Shown here piece by piece: positions 1 through 9,681 of a stretch of DNA of 64,000 nt. The DNA is from Bacteroidota bacterium. GTDB taxonomy: Bacteria > Bacteroidota > Bacteroidia > Chitinophagales > UBA8649. Positions within the stretch are counted from its first letter, which is position 1. Each line of letters starts with the position of its first letter. Location of the stretch: NCBI GenBank assembly GCA_002862745.1, contig PKDX01000002.1:12707-76706 (forward strand). The letters are read 5' to 3'. The notes under the pieces were generated by a model. The model did not search any database. It saw nothing but the letters and a program-made list of their open reading frames with translations, and was not told the origin of the DNA. A program made the position numbers and the translations under genes.

Positions 1-1
1 C

Positions 2-40
2 GACGGGCAAAGCCATACCATTCCATTTATCAAGGAGTAA
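2..40 (+). CDS. 3' end of an upstream gene (partial, ...DGQSHTIPFIKE*), possibly a T9SS C-terminal sorting domain tail
   Basis: Open frame from position 2 to TAA at 38-40. The ending resembles T9SS CTD termini (..xFIKE). Only 12 residues are visible. Confidence 0.35.
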   Translation, partial: DGQSHTIPFIKE

Positions 41-72
41 AATGATAGCAACTTTTTAATCAAATTAAAGCT

Positions 73-435
73 ATGGGTAAGAAAAGTAAAAAATGGCAGC
101 GCAGTGATGGTATGGTCTACAGCACCAACCCTGAAGAATATGATCGTGGAGTTTCCGAAGACAGCGACGACCAACCTTCTCTTCCACCGCAATTCCAAAA
201 GCTCTACGTAAGCTTAGATCGCAAGCAGCGAGGTGGCAAATCCGTCACGCTCGTGGAAGGGTTCCAAGGAAGTGATCTTGAACTCGCTGACCTCGGCAAA
301 ACACTAAAACAGCACTGCGGGGTCGGAGGATCAGTCAAAGATGGGTTGATTCTTATCCAAGGAGACCAGCGAAAAAAAACATTGGCTTATCTCGAAAATC
401 AGGGCTACCAAGTAAAATCAAAGGGCGGGCGGTGA
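73..435 (+). CDS. yciH: SUI1/eIF1-like translation initiation factor
   Basis: DRKQRGGKSVTLVEGF, KTLKQHCGVGGSVKDG, ILIQGDQR are typical SUI1-family motifs. Confidence 0.92.
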   Translation: MGKKSKKWQRSDGMVYSTNPEEYDRGVSEDSDDQPSLPPQFQKLYVSLDRKQRGGKSVTLVEGFQGSDLELADLGKTLKQHCGVGGSVKDGLILIQGDQRKKTLAYLENQGYQVKSKGGR

Positions 436-459
436 TTCGTTTCCTATATCCTTGCTTCT

Positions 460-483
460 TGCCAAAAAACTGACATTTTGTCA
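460..483. promoter_or_regulatory. Perfect palindrome TGACA-TTT-TGTCA (471-483) with an upstream TGCCA half-site (460-464); candidate operator
   Basis: Read directly: ttgccaaaaaactgacattttgtcat. It overlaps the -33 TTTG of the miaB promoter, and a related element precedes groES. Confidence 0.6.
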
Positions 484-507
484 TAAACGCAAACGGTCTT
501 ACCTTTG
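477..507 (+). promoter_or_regulatory. Bacteroidota primary-sigma promoter for the miaB operon (TTTG-N19-TACCTTTG)
   Basis: TTTG at 477-480 and TACCTTTG at 500-507 with a 19-nt spacer match the -33/-7 consensus TTTG-N19-21-TAnnTTTG. Confidence 0.8.
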
Positions 508-529
508 TTAGTCCTTAAGATTCATTAGA

Positions 530-2002
530 ATGCAAGAGTTAAAAGAAAATAGTCAAGGTCATACTCACAGCCTCCTTTCCGAGGATCGCCAAGGCGAAGT
601 GATTGTTAAAGAGGGTTTGCGCGGTATCCAACCCAATGGTAAAAGCTTCTACATTGAAAGCTATGGATGCCAAATGAATTTCTCTGATAGTGAAATCGTC
701 GCTTCCATCTTATGCGAAAATGGATATGTCTCAACGCCCGACTACAACGAGGCCGACCTTGTTTTGGTCAATACCTGCTCAATTCGTGAGAACGCGGAAC
801 AACGCGTGCGCAATCGCCTCAAAAATTTTCATGTTATTAAGCGACGTAATCCCAACGCATTAATCGGTGTGTTAGGTTGTATGGCAGAACGACTCAAAGA
901 AAAGTTTCTGGAGGAAGAAAAGCTCGTAGATATTGTGGTAGGGCCAGACGCCTATAGACATCTACCGAGTTTAATTACCGAAGCAGAAAGCGGGCAAAAG
1001 GCAGTCAACGTATTGCTGTCTAGAGAAGAAACCTATGCAGATATCAGCCCGGTGCGCCTCTCTAGCAACGGGGTATCTGCCTTTATCTCGATAATGCGTG
1101 GATGCGACAATATGTGCTCTTTCTGCGTCGTGCCCTTTACTCGTGGAAGAGAAAGAAGCCGAGATCCAAAATCCATCGTCGCCGAAGCACAAGACTTGTT
1201 TAACAAGGGGTATCGAGAAGTCACCCTTCTGGGTCAAAATGTAGACTCTTATCGATGGTCGGAAGATCCTACAGTTCGCGGGAAAAAACTCATTGAGTTA
1301 AAGGACACTGACGATGTCTTCAACTTTGCCAATCTTCTCGAAGCCGTCGCGCAAGTTTCGCCGCAACTTCGTGTACGTTTTTCCACCTCACATCCAAAAG
1401 ACATGCTCGATGATGTCTTACACGTGATGGCGAAATACGACAACATCTGTGAATACGTCCATCTGCCTGTGCAAAGCGGTAATTCTGAGGTTTTAGAGCG
1501 TATGAACCGCACCTATGATAGAGCGTGGTACATGAATAGAATTGAGGCGATTCGAAGAATTCTTCCTAACGCTGCGATTTCTACGGATATCATTGCCGGA
1601 TTTTGCGGAGAAACCGAAGAACAACACAAAGAGACCTTGTCCATCATGGAGGAGGTAAAGTACGAGATGGCCTACATGTTCTTTTACTCTGAGCGACCAG
1701 GAACGTTGGCCGCCAAACGATATGAAGATGATATTCCAGAAGAGGTAAAGAAGCGTCGTTTAACCGAGATTATCGATCTCCAAAGAGAGCATTCCCTAGA
1801 GCGCAACAAAGCAGATTTGGGTAAAACATTTGAAGTATTAGTCGAGAAGCCTTCCAAGCGCTCCGAAGATGACCTATGCGGACGCAATAGTCAGAATAAA
1901 ATGATTGTCTTTCCCAAAGGCAACGCTAAAGTAGGAGAATACGTTCAGGTAAAGGTTTCTGACTATAGCCAAGCCATATTAAAAGGAGAAATCGTAGCCT
2001 AA
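530..2002 (+). CDS. miaB: tRNA (N6-isopentenyl adenosine(37)-C2)-methylthiotransferase
   Basis: [12 protein letters not shown]-terminal MTTase domain, radical [15 protein letters not shown] (CxxxCxxC), C-terminal TRAM domain. Confidence 0.96.
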   Translation: MQELKENSQGHTHSLLSEDRQGEVIVKEGLRGIQPNGKSFYIESYGCQMNFSDSEIVASILCENGYVSTPDYNEADLVLVNTCSIRENAEQRVRNRLKNFHVIKRRNPNALIGVLGCMAERLKEKFLEEEKLVDIVVGPDAYRHLPSLITEAESGQKAVNVLLSREETYADISPVRLSSNGVSAFISIMRGCDNMCSFCVVPFTRGRERSRDPKSIVAEAQDLFNKGYREVTLLGQNVDSYRWSEDPTVRGKKLIELKDTDDVFNFANLLEAVAQVSPQLRVRFSTSHPKDMLDDVLHVMAKYDNICEYVHLPVQSGNSEVLERMNRTYDRAWYMNRIEAIRRILPNAAISTDIIAGFCGETEEQHKETLSIMEEVKYEMAYMFFYSERPGTLAAKRYEDDIPEEVKKRRLTEIIDLQREHSLERNKADLGKTFEVLVEKPSKRSEDDLCGRNSQNKMIVFPKGNAKVGEYVQVKVSDYSQAILKGEIVA

Positions 2003-3225
2003 TGAATCCCACTTTACAAGGCGTCAAGCAACGATTCGGCATAATTGGAAACTCCCAAGCGCTCAACCATGCTATACAAATTGCAATGCGTGTAGCCCCT
2101 ACAGATTTATCGGTTTTAATCAATGGAGAAAGTGGTGTAGGAAAGGAAGCATTTTCAAAAATCCTTCATCAACTCTCTCCGAGAAAGCACGAAAAATTTA
2201 TTGCGGTAAACTGTGGAGCCATTCCTGAAGGCACGATTGACTCGGAGCTCTTTGGTCATGAAAAAGGTGCCTTTACAGGAGCTCAAGATAAACGCAAAGG
2301 ATACTTTGAAACAGTTAACGGAGGCGCCATTTTTCTCGATGAGATCGGCGAGATGCCTTTGGGAACCCAAGCACGGCTCTTGCGCGTCCTCGAGTCAGGT
2401 GAGTTTATCAAAGTGGGCTCATCTGAAGTCCAGAAGACGAACGTCAGAATCGTTGCTGCAACCAACCGAAATTTGCTAAAAGCAGCAGAACAAGGGAAGT
2501 TTAGAGAAGACTTGTATTACCGATTAAGCACTGTTCCTATTAAGATTCCGGCCCTTCGTGACCGTGGGGATGATATTTTACTGTTGTTTCGAAAGTTTGC
2601 CACTGACTTCGCCGAACGACATCGAAGAAGACCTATTCAACTGAGTGAAGATGCGCAATCCTTACTTCAACGCTATCCATGGCCAGGGAATGTCAGGCAG
2701 CTAAGAAATATGGCGGATCAGCTATCCGTGTTAGCTATTGAGGACATTATTGGCGCTCATGACATTGTTCAACTAATCCCCGATATAAAAGACAACCGAC
2801 TACCGGCATTACGTCAAGAGCAATCTGGTGATAACAGAACGTCCAGCACCAAGGAGGACACGACCCTTCTAGTCAAGATGTTTATCGAGTTGAAGCAGGA
2901 TATTAACGCATTGAAAAAGGTGATTGGTCATACTGATGCTTCGGTTTACCAAGAGGATTTGCCCATAGAAAATCACACCTTTGTACCGAATAAAGAAATG
3001 CAATGGGAGCCTCCAAAAGATGATAGTAAGAATCTCGTTGTGCACTCTAAGGAAGATATCCCAAATGCTGAGGAGATCGAGGACTCTCTTTCCCTGATGG
3101 ATATGGAGAAGCAAATGATAAAAAAGGCTCTAGATAAACATCAGGGACGTAGAAAAAATGCCGCCGAAGAACTTGGAATTTCCGAACGAACGCTTTATCG
3201 AAAAATTAGAGAATACGATATCTAA
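2002..3225 (+). CDS. Sigma54-dependent enhancer-binding protein (AAA+ plus Fis HTH) with no N-terminal sensor or receiver domain
   Basis: Walker A GESGVGKE, intact GAFTGA loop, Walker B FLDEIGE, WPGNVRQL, C-terminal AAEELGISERTLYRK HTH; TAATG coupling to miaB. Confidence 0.93.
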   Translation: MNPTLQGVKQRFGIIGNSQALNHAIQIAMRVAPTDLSVLINGESGVGKEAFSKILHQLSPRKHEKFIAVNCGAIPEGTIDSELFGHEKGAFTGAQDKRKGYFETVNGGAIFLDEIGEMPLGTQARLLRVLESGEFIKVGSSEVQKTNVRIVAATNRNLLKAAEQGKFREDLYYRLSTVPIKIPALRDRGDDILLLFRKFATDFAERHRRRPIQLSEDAQSLLQRYPWPGNVRQLRNMADQLSVLAIEDIIGAHDIVQLIPDIKDNRLPALRQEQSGDNRTSSTKEDTTLLVKMFIELKQDINALKKVIGHTDASVYQEDLPIENHTFVPNKEMQWEPPKDDSKNLVVHSKEDIPNAEEIEDSLSLMDMEKQMIKKALDKHQGRRKNAAEELGISERTLYRKIREYDI

Positions 3226-3731
3226 TGAAGAGGAATTTAGTCATATCCACCCTTGTTCTCTGCGTAGGTTTTATGCTCTCTGGATGTAAGATTTACTCTT
3301 TTACCGGGGCAAATTTTGATCCGAACATCAAATCAATATCTGTTGCATACATATCCAATGATGCAGAAGGTGCCCCAGCAACTGTTGGAGACCTGCTTAC
3401 CGAAGCCCTCAAGCAAAAAATGCTCACGACAAATATTCCACTCCAAGATGGGAATGGAGACCTACATTTCAGGGGAGAGATTATCTCATATCGATATTCA
3501 ATTCAAGCACCAGCTGCTGGTCAAACTTCTGAGCAAAAGAGAATCACCATGTCCATTAGTATCACGAGTGAGAATCGTATCAATCCAGAGGAAAACTGGA
3601 CAAAAACCTTCACGAGATTCATTGACTTTCCAGCCAATGAAGACCTTAATGTAGTGGAAGAACAACTGATTAACGCGCTGAATACCCTCATAGTGGAAGA
3701 TGTCTTCAACAAAAGTTTTGTGAAATGGTAG
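3225..3731 (+). CDS. lptE: LPS assembly lipoprotein LptE family
   Basis: Lipobox MLSGC then KIYSFTGA; size, and the position between the bEBP and secG, fit Bacteroidota LptE. Confidence 0.8.
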   Translation: MKRNLVISTLVLCVGFMLSGCKIYSFTGANFDPNIKSISVAYISNDAEGAPATVGDLLTEALKQKMLTTNIPLQDGNGDLHFRGEIISYRYSIQAPAAGQTSEQKRITMSISITSENRINPEENWTKTFTRFIDFPANEDLNVVEEQLINALNTLIVEDVFNKSFVKW

Positions 3732-4408
3732 TCGATTGTCTTCAGCAGCTTTTTCAGGGAAATCCGTTACCAGAAAAAACCCTAACTGAACTGGAACATT
3801 GGGCCGAACAACATCCCTATCATCTTAGTCCCAGCCTTATTCGCTTGTGGAATGAACGACTAGATAGTCAGCTGGACTATGATGAACGCCAACTGAATCG
3901 ACTTGCTTTTTTCATGGCCGATCGCGGTCAACTTTTCGCCTTGGTTAAAGGAGAAGGTATCCCTACTGAAAACTCAACGGTCATACATGATGAAGAAAAG
4001 GCTACTAAGGAAAATTCTATCGAAGAAAATGAGCCTAGCACACCCCCTATTCCAACCTTTGATTTACAGGAAACGTCGTCATCATCTGACACAGAGATAA
4101 CTTCATTGGGTGACTTTTTAGCCTCGCTCGCTGCTGAGGTTCCTATTCAGTCTCGCCCAGCCTCGACAATGGACGGTGATCTGGAGGCTGTCCTACGCTC
4201 TGAAGATATTCAAGCCATCATCCACCGCTCAAAAATCAAAAAAAAAGAGAATACCCCGAAGGGATTCGTTTCTGAAACTTATGCTACCATTCTTCGAAGC
4301 CAAGGTCGCTATGAGGAAGCTATCGAAGTGTATAAACAGTTGATGTTCGAGAATCCCAAAAAAAAGCGTTTCTTTGCAGACCAAATTGATGAACTTCTGA
4401 AAAAATAA
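3725..4408 (+). CDS. Hypothetical protein with C-terminal TPR
   Basis: C-terminal VSETYATILRSQGRYEEAIEVYKQLMFENPKKKRFFADQI is a TPR-like helix pair; acidic low-complexity middle. Confidence 0.75.
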   Translation: MVVDCLQQLFQGNPLPEKTLTELEHWAEQHPYHLSPSLIRLWNERLDSQLDYDERQLNRLAFFMADRGQLFALVKGEGIPTENSTVIHDEEKATKENSIEENEPSTPPIPTFDLQETSSSSDTEITSLGDFLASLAAEVPIQSRPASTMDGDLEAVLRSEDIQAIIHRSKIKKKENTPKGFVSETYATILRSQGRYEEAIEVYKQLMFENPKKKRFFADQIDELLKK

Positions 4409-4417
4409 GATCGTACA

Positions 4418-4729
4418 ATGTTCACTATCCTTTTGATAATTACCATTCTCGTTAGCTGTTTACTCGGTATCGCCGTACTTGTCCAAAACCCAAAAGGTGG
4501 AGGAATCCAAGCAAGTTTAGGCACAGTTAGTAATCAAATTCTTGGAGCAAGCCGTGCAACGAACTTTATTGAAAAGCTAACATGGTATTTGGCTGGTGCT
4601 TTAGTTGTGCTATCCATTGCCATGACTTCTTCTGTTTCAAGTCCTGAAGTAAACCAAGTAGAGCAGAACAACAACGAATTACAACTTGTAGCTCCACAAG
4701 AAGAAGTTCCCGCACCTCCAGCAAGCTAA
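4418..4729 (+). CDS. secG: Preprotein translocase subunit SecG
   Basis: Two TM segments with VLVQNPKGGG and NFIEKLTW motifs. Confidence 0.92.
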   Translation: MFTILLIITILVSCLLGIAVLVQNPKGGGIQASLGTVSNQILGASRATNFIEKLTWYLAGALVVLSIAMTSSVSSPEVNQVEQNNNELQLVAPQEEVPAPPAS

Positions 4730-4790
4730 AGGGTCATCACGACAGTCTTGCGTCATAGATGATGTTTTTAGGCCTTCTTTAAAGACACTT

Positions 4791-4816
4791 TGCCATACTT
4801 TCTGCCAATTTTTCAG
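4791..4816. promoter_or_regulatory. Candidate activator-binding site upstream of groES: TGCCA (4791-4795) plus C-TGCCA-ATT-TTTCA-G (4802-4816)
   Basis: Same layout (half-site, then a TGnCA-N3-TGnCA-like site 11-12 nt later) as the element at 460-483. Confidence 0.5.
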
Positions 4817-4837
4817 CAAAAAATGCAACTTATACAA

Positions 4838-4854
4838 TTGGTATGCTATTCGCT
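4838..4854 (+). promoter_or_regulatory. Sigma54 (RpoN)-type -24/-12 promoter of groES-groEL
   Basis: TTGGTATGCTATTCGCT has GG(4840-41)-N10-GC(4852-53). It differs from TGGCACG-N4-TTGCW only by three pyrimidine transitions and lies 28 nt before the ATG. Confidence 0.62.
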
Positions 4855-4881
4855 TAGTAAGGTTCAAAATTTAGACATACT

Positions 4882-5175
4882 ATGAGTTCAATTAATATAA
4901 ATCCACTAGCAGGTAGTAACAACCGTGTGGTCGTTAAGCCTGCAGATGCTGAAGAAAAATCAGCTGGCGGAATCATTATTCCTGATTCAGCAAAAGAAAA
5001 ACCTCAAAAGGGCCATGTAATGGTAGTGAGTGAAAAGGATGATAAAGGCGTAGCACCTGTTGTTAAAAATGGTGATACTGTTCTTTATGGCAAGTACGCA
5101 GGTACTGAAGTGAATCTCGATGGTGAAACGTACATGATCATGCGCGAATCTGATATTCTCGCAATTGTTAACTAA
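4882..5175 (+). CDS. groES: Co-chaperonin GroES
   Basis: [38 protein letters not shown]. Confidence 0.96.
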   Translation: MSSININPLAGSNNRVVVKPADAEEKSAGGIIIPDSAKEKPQKGHVMVVSEKDDKGVAPVVKNGDTVLYGKYAGTEVNLDGETYMIMRESDILAIVN

Positions 5176-5180
5176 TATAA

Positions 5181-6836
<1,656 letters not shown>

Positions 6837-6859
6837 TATCACCCTTCTTTTACGTTTTT

Positions 6860-6887
6860 AAAAAGGCCTCCTTCGGGAGGCTTTTTT
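6860..6887 (+). terminator. Intrinsic terminator after groEL
   Basis: GCCTCC-TTCG-GGAGGC hairpin flanked by an A-tract and a T-tract. Confidence 0.9.
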
Positions 6888-6906
6888 ATGCCCTTATATT
6901 TACAGG

Positions 6907-7908
6907 ATGCGAATTGCCATTATTCGATTAAGCTCAATGGGGGACATCCTATTAACTAGCCCTATAGTGTTAGCATTGCATAAATGCTATCCAGAGGCAA
7001 CCATTGACTATTATACCAAGGATACCATGCGCCAAGTAATAGAAGACCACCTTGGCATATCAAGGGTTTACCCATGGAATTGCTCTTCGGATAATGGGCT
7101 CGAAGAAATGCTCAATCAAATAGATAGCATGCAGTATGATCACATCGTCGACTTGCAAAATAACTGGCGTTCAAGACGTCTATCACGCAAATTGTCCGGC
7201 AAAATTCACCGTGTAAACAAAGAAGGAATTCGGCGCAGGGTATTCGTAGGGTTAGGATGGAATATTTTGCGGGAAAAACACGTAATAAGACGTTATTATT
7301 CGTGTATATCTGATTTTTGCTCAACACCATTACAGGAGAGAATTGAGCTTCCTGATACGGATTCAACGAAGCTCATTCCCCCACTAAGCCCCGAAACACT
7401 CGCTAAGGATTTTATCGTCTGGGCGATCGGAGCCAAGCATTTTACGAAGCGATTGCCTGTTTCAATCATTGCAAAAACACTACAATCTATTCATCACCAC
7501 GTTATTCTTATCGGCGATTCAAGAGATTGCAAAAATGCCCAGAGCATTCTCGCTCATCTACCCAAAGAACATCGTGTTACAGATCTTACCGGAAAAACCT
7601 CTTTTTTAGAATCTGTAGAATTAATCAAACGAGCGCGACTAACCTTGGCGAATGATTCTGTCATGATGCATGTCGCCTCAGGCACCGGAAAACCCCTGAT
7701 TAGTTTTTGGGGAAGTACCACACCTGAATTGGGATTCACACCTTTGAGTAAAAAGGCGAAACTCATTGCTGCGCCAAAAAAACTTTCATGTCAACCTTGC
7801 CACACTGCGGGAAGACCATCTTGTCCAAAAAAACATTTTAACTGCATGATGACCATTAAGCCGGAAATCATCGTTCAAGCGATCGACGATGCACTGAAGG
7901 AGCTATAG
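6907..7908 (+). CDS. Glycosyltransferase family 9 (LPS heptosyltransferase-like)
   Basis: MRIAIIRLSSMGDILLT, ANDSVMMHVA, SFWGST, LSCQPC are typical GT9 motifs. Confidence 0.9.
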   Translation: MRIAIIRLSSMGDILLTSPIVLALHKCYPEATIDYYTKDTMRQVIEDHLGISRVYPWNCSSDNGLEEMLNQIDSMQYDHIVDLQNNWRSRRLSRKLSGKIHRVNKEGIRRRVFVGLGWNILREKHVIRRYYSCISDFCSTPLQERIELPDTDSTKLIPPLSPETLAKDFIVWAIGAKHFTKRLPVSIIAKTLQSIHHHVILIGDSRDCKNAQSILAHLPKEHRVTDLTGKTSFLESVELIKRARLTLANDSVMMHVASGTGKPLISFWGSTTPELGFTPLSKKAKLIAAPKKLSCQPCHTAGRPSCPKKHFNCMMTIKPEIIVQAIDDALKEL

Positions 7909-8488
7909 ATTCTAAAGCAAGTTCGATATAGTAGTTGTCTTCATGTGTGATATCATAGATTTCCTTCAAGTCATATCCGTACCGCTTGGCGACAAGATTA
8001 AAGCCCCAAACCTTAATGTTAGGATTGTAATGCTTGAGTAATTCCGCCATAGACACACCAGTTTGCCTACTTATGAGTTTGACAAGCAGTTTGCCTTCGC
8101 TGATACGCAAGGCCTTAAGTTCCTTTTCAAAGCGTCTATACAAATCTTTTTTTCGGTCTTTTTTGTAGCGTCTGAAATGTCTCTTATTCAACGCCTCTTC
8201 CTTAGCCTCCAGATCAAAGAGTACTTCTTGCGCAATAAGGAAGTATGGCCAAATCTTCTCAAGTTTGCGTTTGGTTTCAAGGTATTTAAGCCGGTTGTAT
8301 GGATTGTCGATAATCGGGATGGTCGGCAGGACTAAATAATCTATTGAATCCCCATCAAAGACGTCATTGTAGAGATCACGAAATTCATCACTGTAGTTTT
8401 CATCGTTTTGGGCCGAGGAATAAATTGGTAAGAAAAGAAGGATAAAACCAATGATTTTAAGCCTGATTATATTGACGGAGTGCTTCAT
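7868..8488 (-). CDS. DUF4294-family secreted protein
   Basis: Signal peptide; KIWPY..., L..SEGKLLVKLISRQTG...YDLKE.YD pattern of DUF4294. Confidence 0.7.
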   Translation of the reverse strand: MKHSVNIIRLKIIGFILLFLPIYSSAQNDENYSDEFRDLYNDVFDGDSIDYLVLPTIPIIDNPYNRLKYLETKRKLEKIWPYFLIAQEVLFDLEAKEEALNKRHFRRYKKDRKKDLYRRFEKELKALRISEGKLLVKLISRQTGVSMAELLKHYNPNIKVWGFNLVAKRYGYDLKEIYDITHEDNYYIELALESIAPSVHRRSLER

Positions 8489-8596
8489 AAATGACTATAT
8501 TAACGTTAAATTGCATTGAACAGGTATTGAGTTCTTAGGGATTCAATGTCGAACCAAAAAATGAATTGTATTTTTACACAATCGAAAATAAATCAA

Positions 8597-9655
8597 ATGC
8601 TCAAGAAATCTCTCTTCCTATTTATTTTAGCGAGCTGTCTCTTTTCATTAAAGACCCTGCTTGCCCAGGACATCCATTACTCTCAGTATTACGCCTCTCC
8701 CCTCACGCTGAATCCAGCACTTACCGGAAAATTTAACGGTTATTATCGGGCGACAGCAATTTATCGAGACCAATGGCGCAATGTCAATGGTGGTGAAGCC
8801 GTGTTTATGACACCATCCGCCTCAGTAGACTTTTCCTTACTCAAAGACAAACTCTCAACCGATGCCCTTGGTGTAGGAGCTCACGTTGTATATGATAAAG
8901 ATGGCATCTTTGAACGATATCAAGCGGGAGTTAACTTGGCATATCATAAAGGATTGGACCGAGGCAACAAATATCACCTAGCATTCGGATTACAAGGAGT
9001 TTACAACAGCAGCAGCTTGGATGTTAATGCAATTTTTGCCGATCAGATTGGCCTAGATGGAACCATCGCGGATATGAGCATGGAGCAAACCAATGGCCTC
9101 GCTTCAAGCACCAACAGCTTCTTTGATGTGAATGCCGGATTACTCTTTGATGCTCAAATCAATTCAAATATTACAATGTATGTGGGTGGATCATTCTTAC
9201 ATATCACACGCCCACTAAATGACTTTATATCAACAGGAAACGACGACGACAACGCTTTACCAAGACGTTATGTAGGTCATGGAGGCCTGGATATGCAATT
9301 CAATCGTTTCTATGTTCTTCCTGGATTCTTATTCCAAGTCAATGATATTGGGAACCAAGAAGTAAACTTTGGATCAACCTTTGGTTATGACTTCGCAAAA
9401 GACCCATCTAAAGATCTTATCGGTTTCCTTGGTGCATGGTATCGATTGGGAGATGCAGCAATCATTAAAGGTGGTCTCGAATACAACCGTATTCGCCTGT
9501 CGGCTGCTTACGACCTAACGCTTTCTCAATTGAGAGACGACACGAATGTAGCCTTAGGTAAGATTCCGACGGCATTCGAGATTTCCATGAGTTACTTCGG
9601 ATTCAATAATCCAAAGGTTCCTCAAGATCGATATCTATTCAACCCAAGATTCTAA
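8597..9655 (+). CDS. PorP/SprF-family T9SS outer-membrane beta-barrel (copy 1)
   Basis: QDIHYSQYYASPLTLNPALTG, YRDQW, LSAAYD, AFEISM. The start at 8597 (MLKKSL) gives a clean signal peptide. Confidence 0.88.
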   Translation: MLKKSLFLFILASCLFSLKTLLAQDIHYSQYYASPLTLNPALTGKFNGYYRATAIYRDQWRNVNGGEAVFMTPSASVDFSLLKDKLSTDALGVGAHVVYDKDGIFERYQAGVNLAYHKGLDRGNKYHLAFGLQGVYNSSSLDVNAIFADQIGLDGTIADMSMEQTNGLASSTNSFFDVNAGLLFDAQINSNITMYVGGSFLHITRPLNDFISTGNDDDNALPRRYVGHGGLDMQFNRFYVLPGFLFQVNDIGNQEVNFGSTFGYDFAKDPSKDLIGFLGAWYRLGDAAIIKGGLEYNRIRLSAAYDLTLSQLRDDTNVALGKIPTAFEISMSYFGFNNPKVPQDRYLFNPRF

Positions 9656-9681
9656 TTATCAGACCCTCATAATTAACCTTT

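Noticed and set aside
4730-4881. CIRCE (HrcA), HAIR (HspR) or sigma32 elements upstream of groES
   Set aside because: No TTAGCACTC-N9-GAGTGCTAA, no CTTGAGT-N7-ACTCAAG and no CTTGAA...CCCCAT pattern is present
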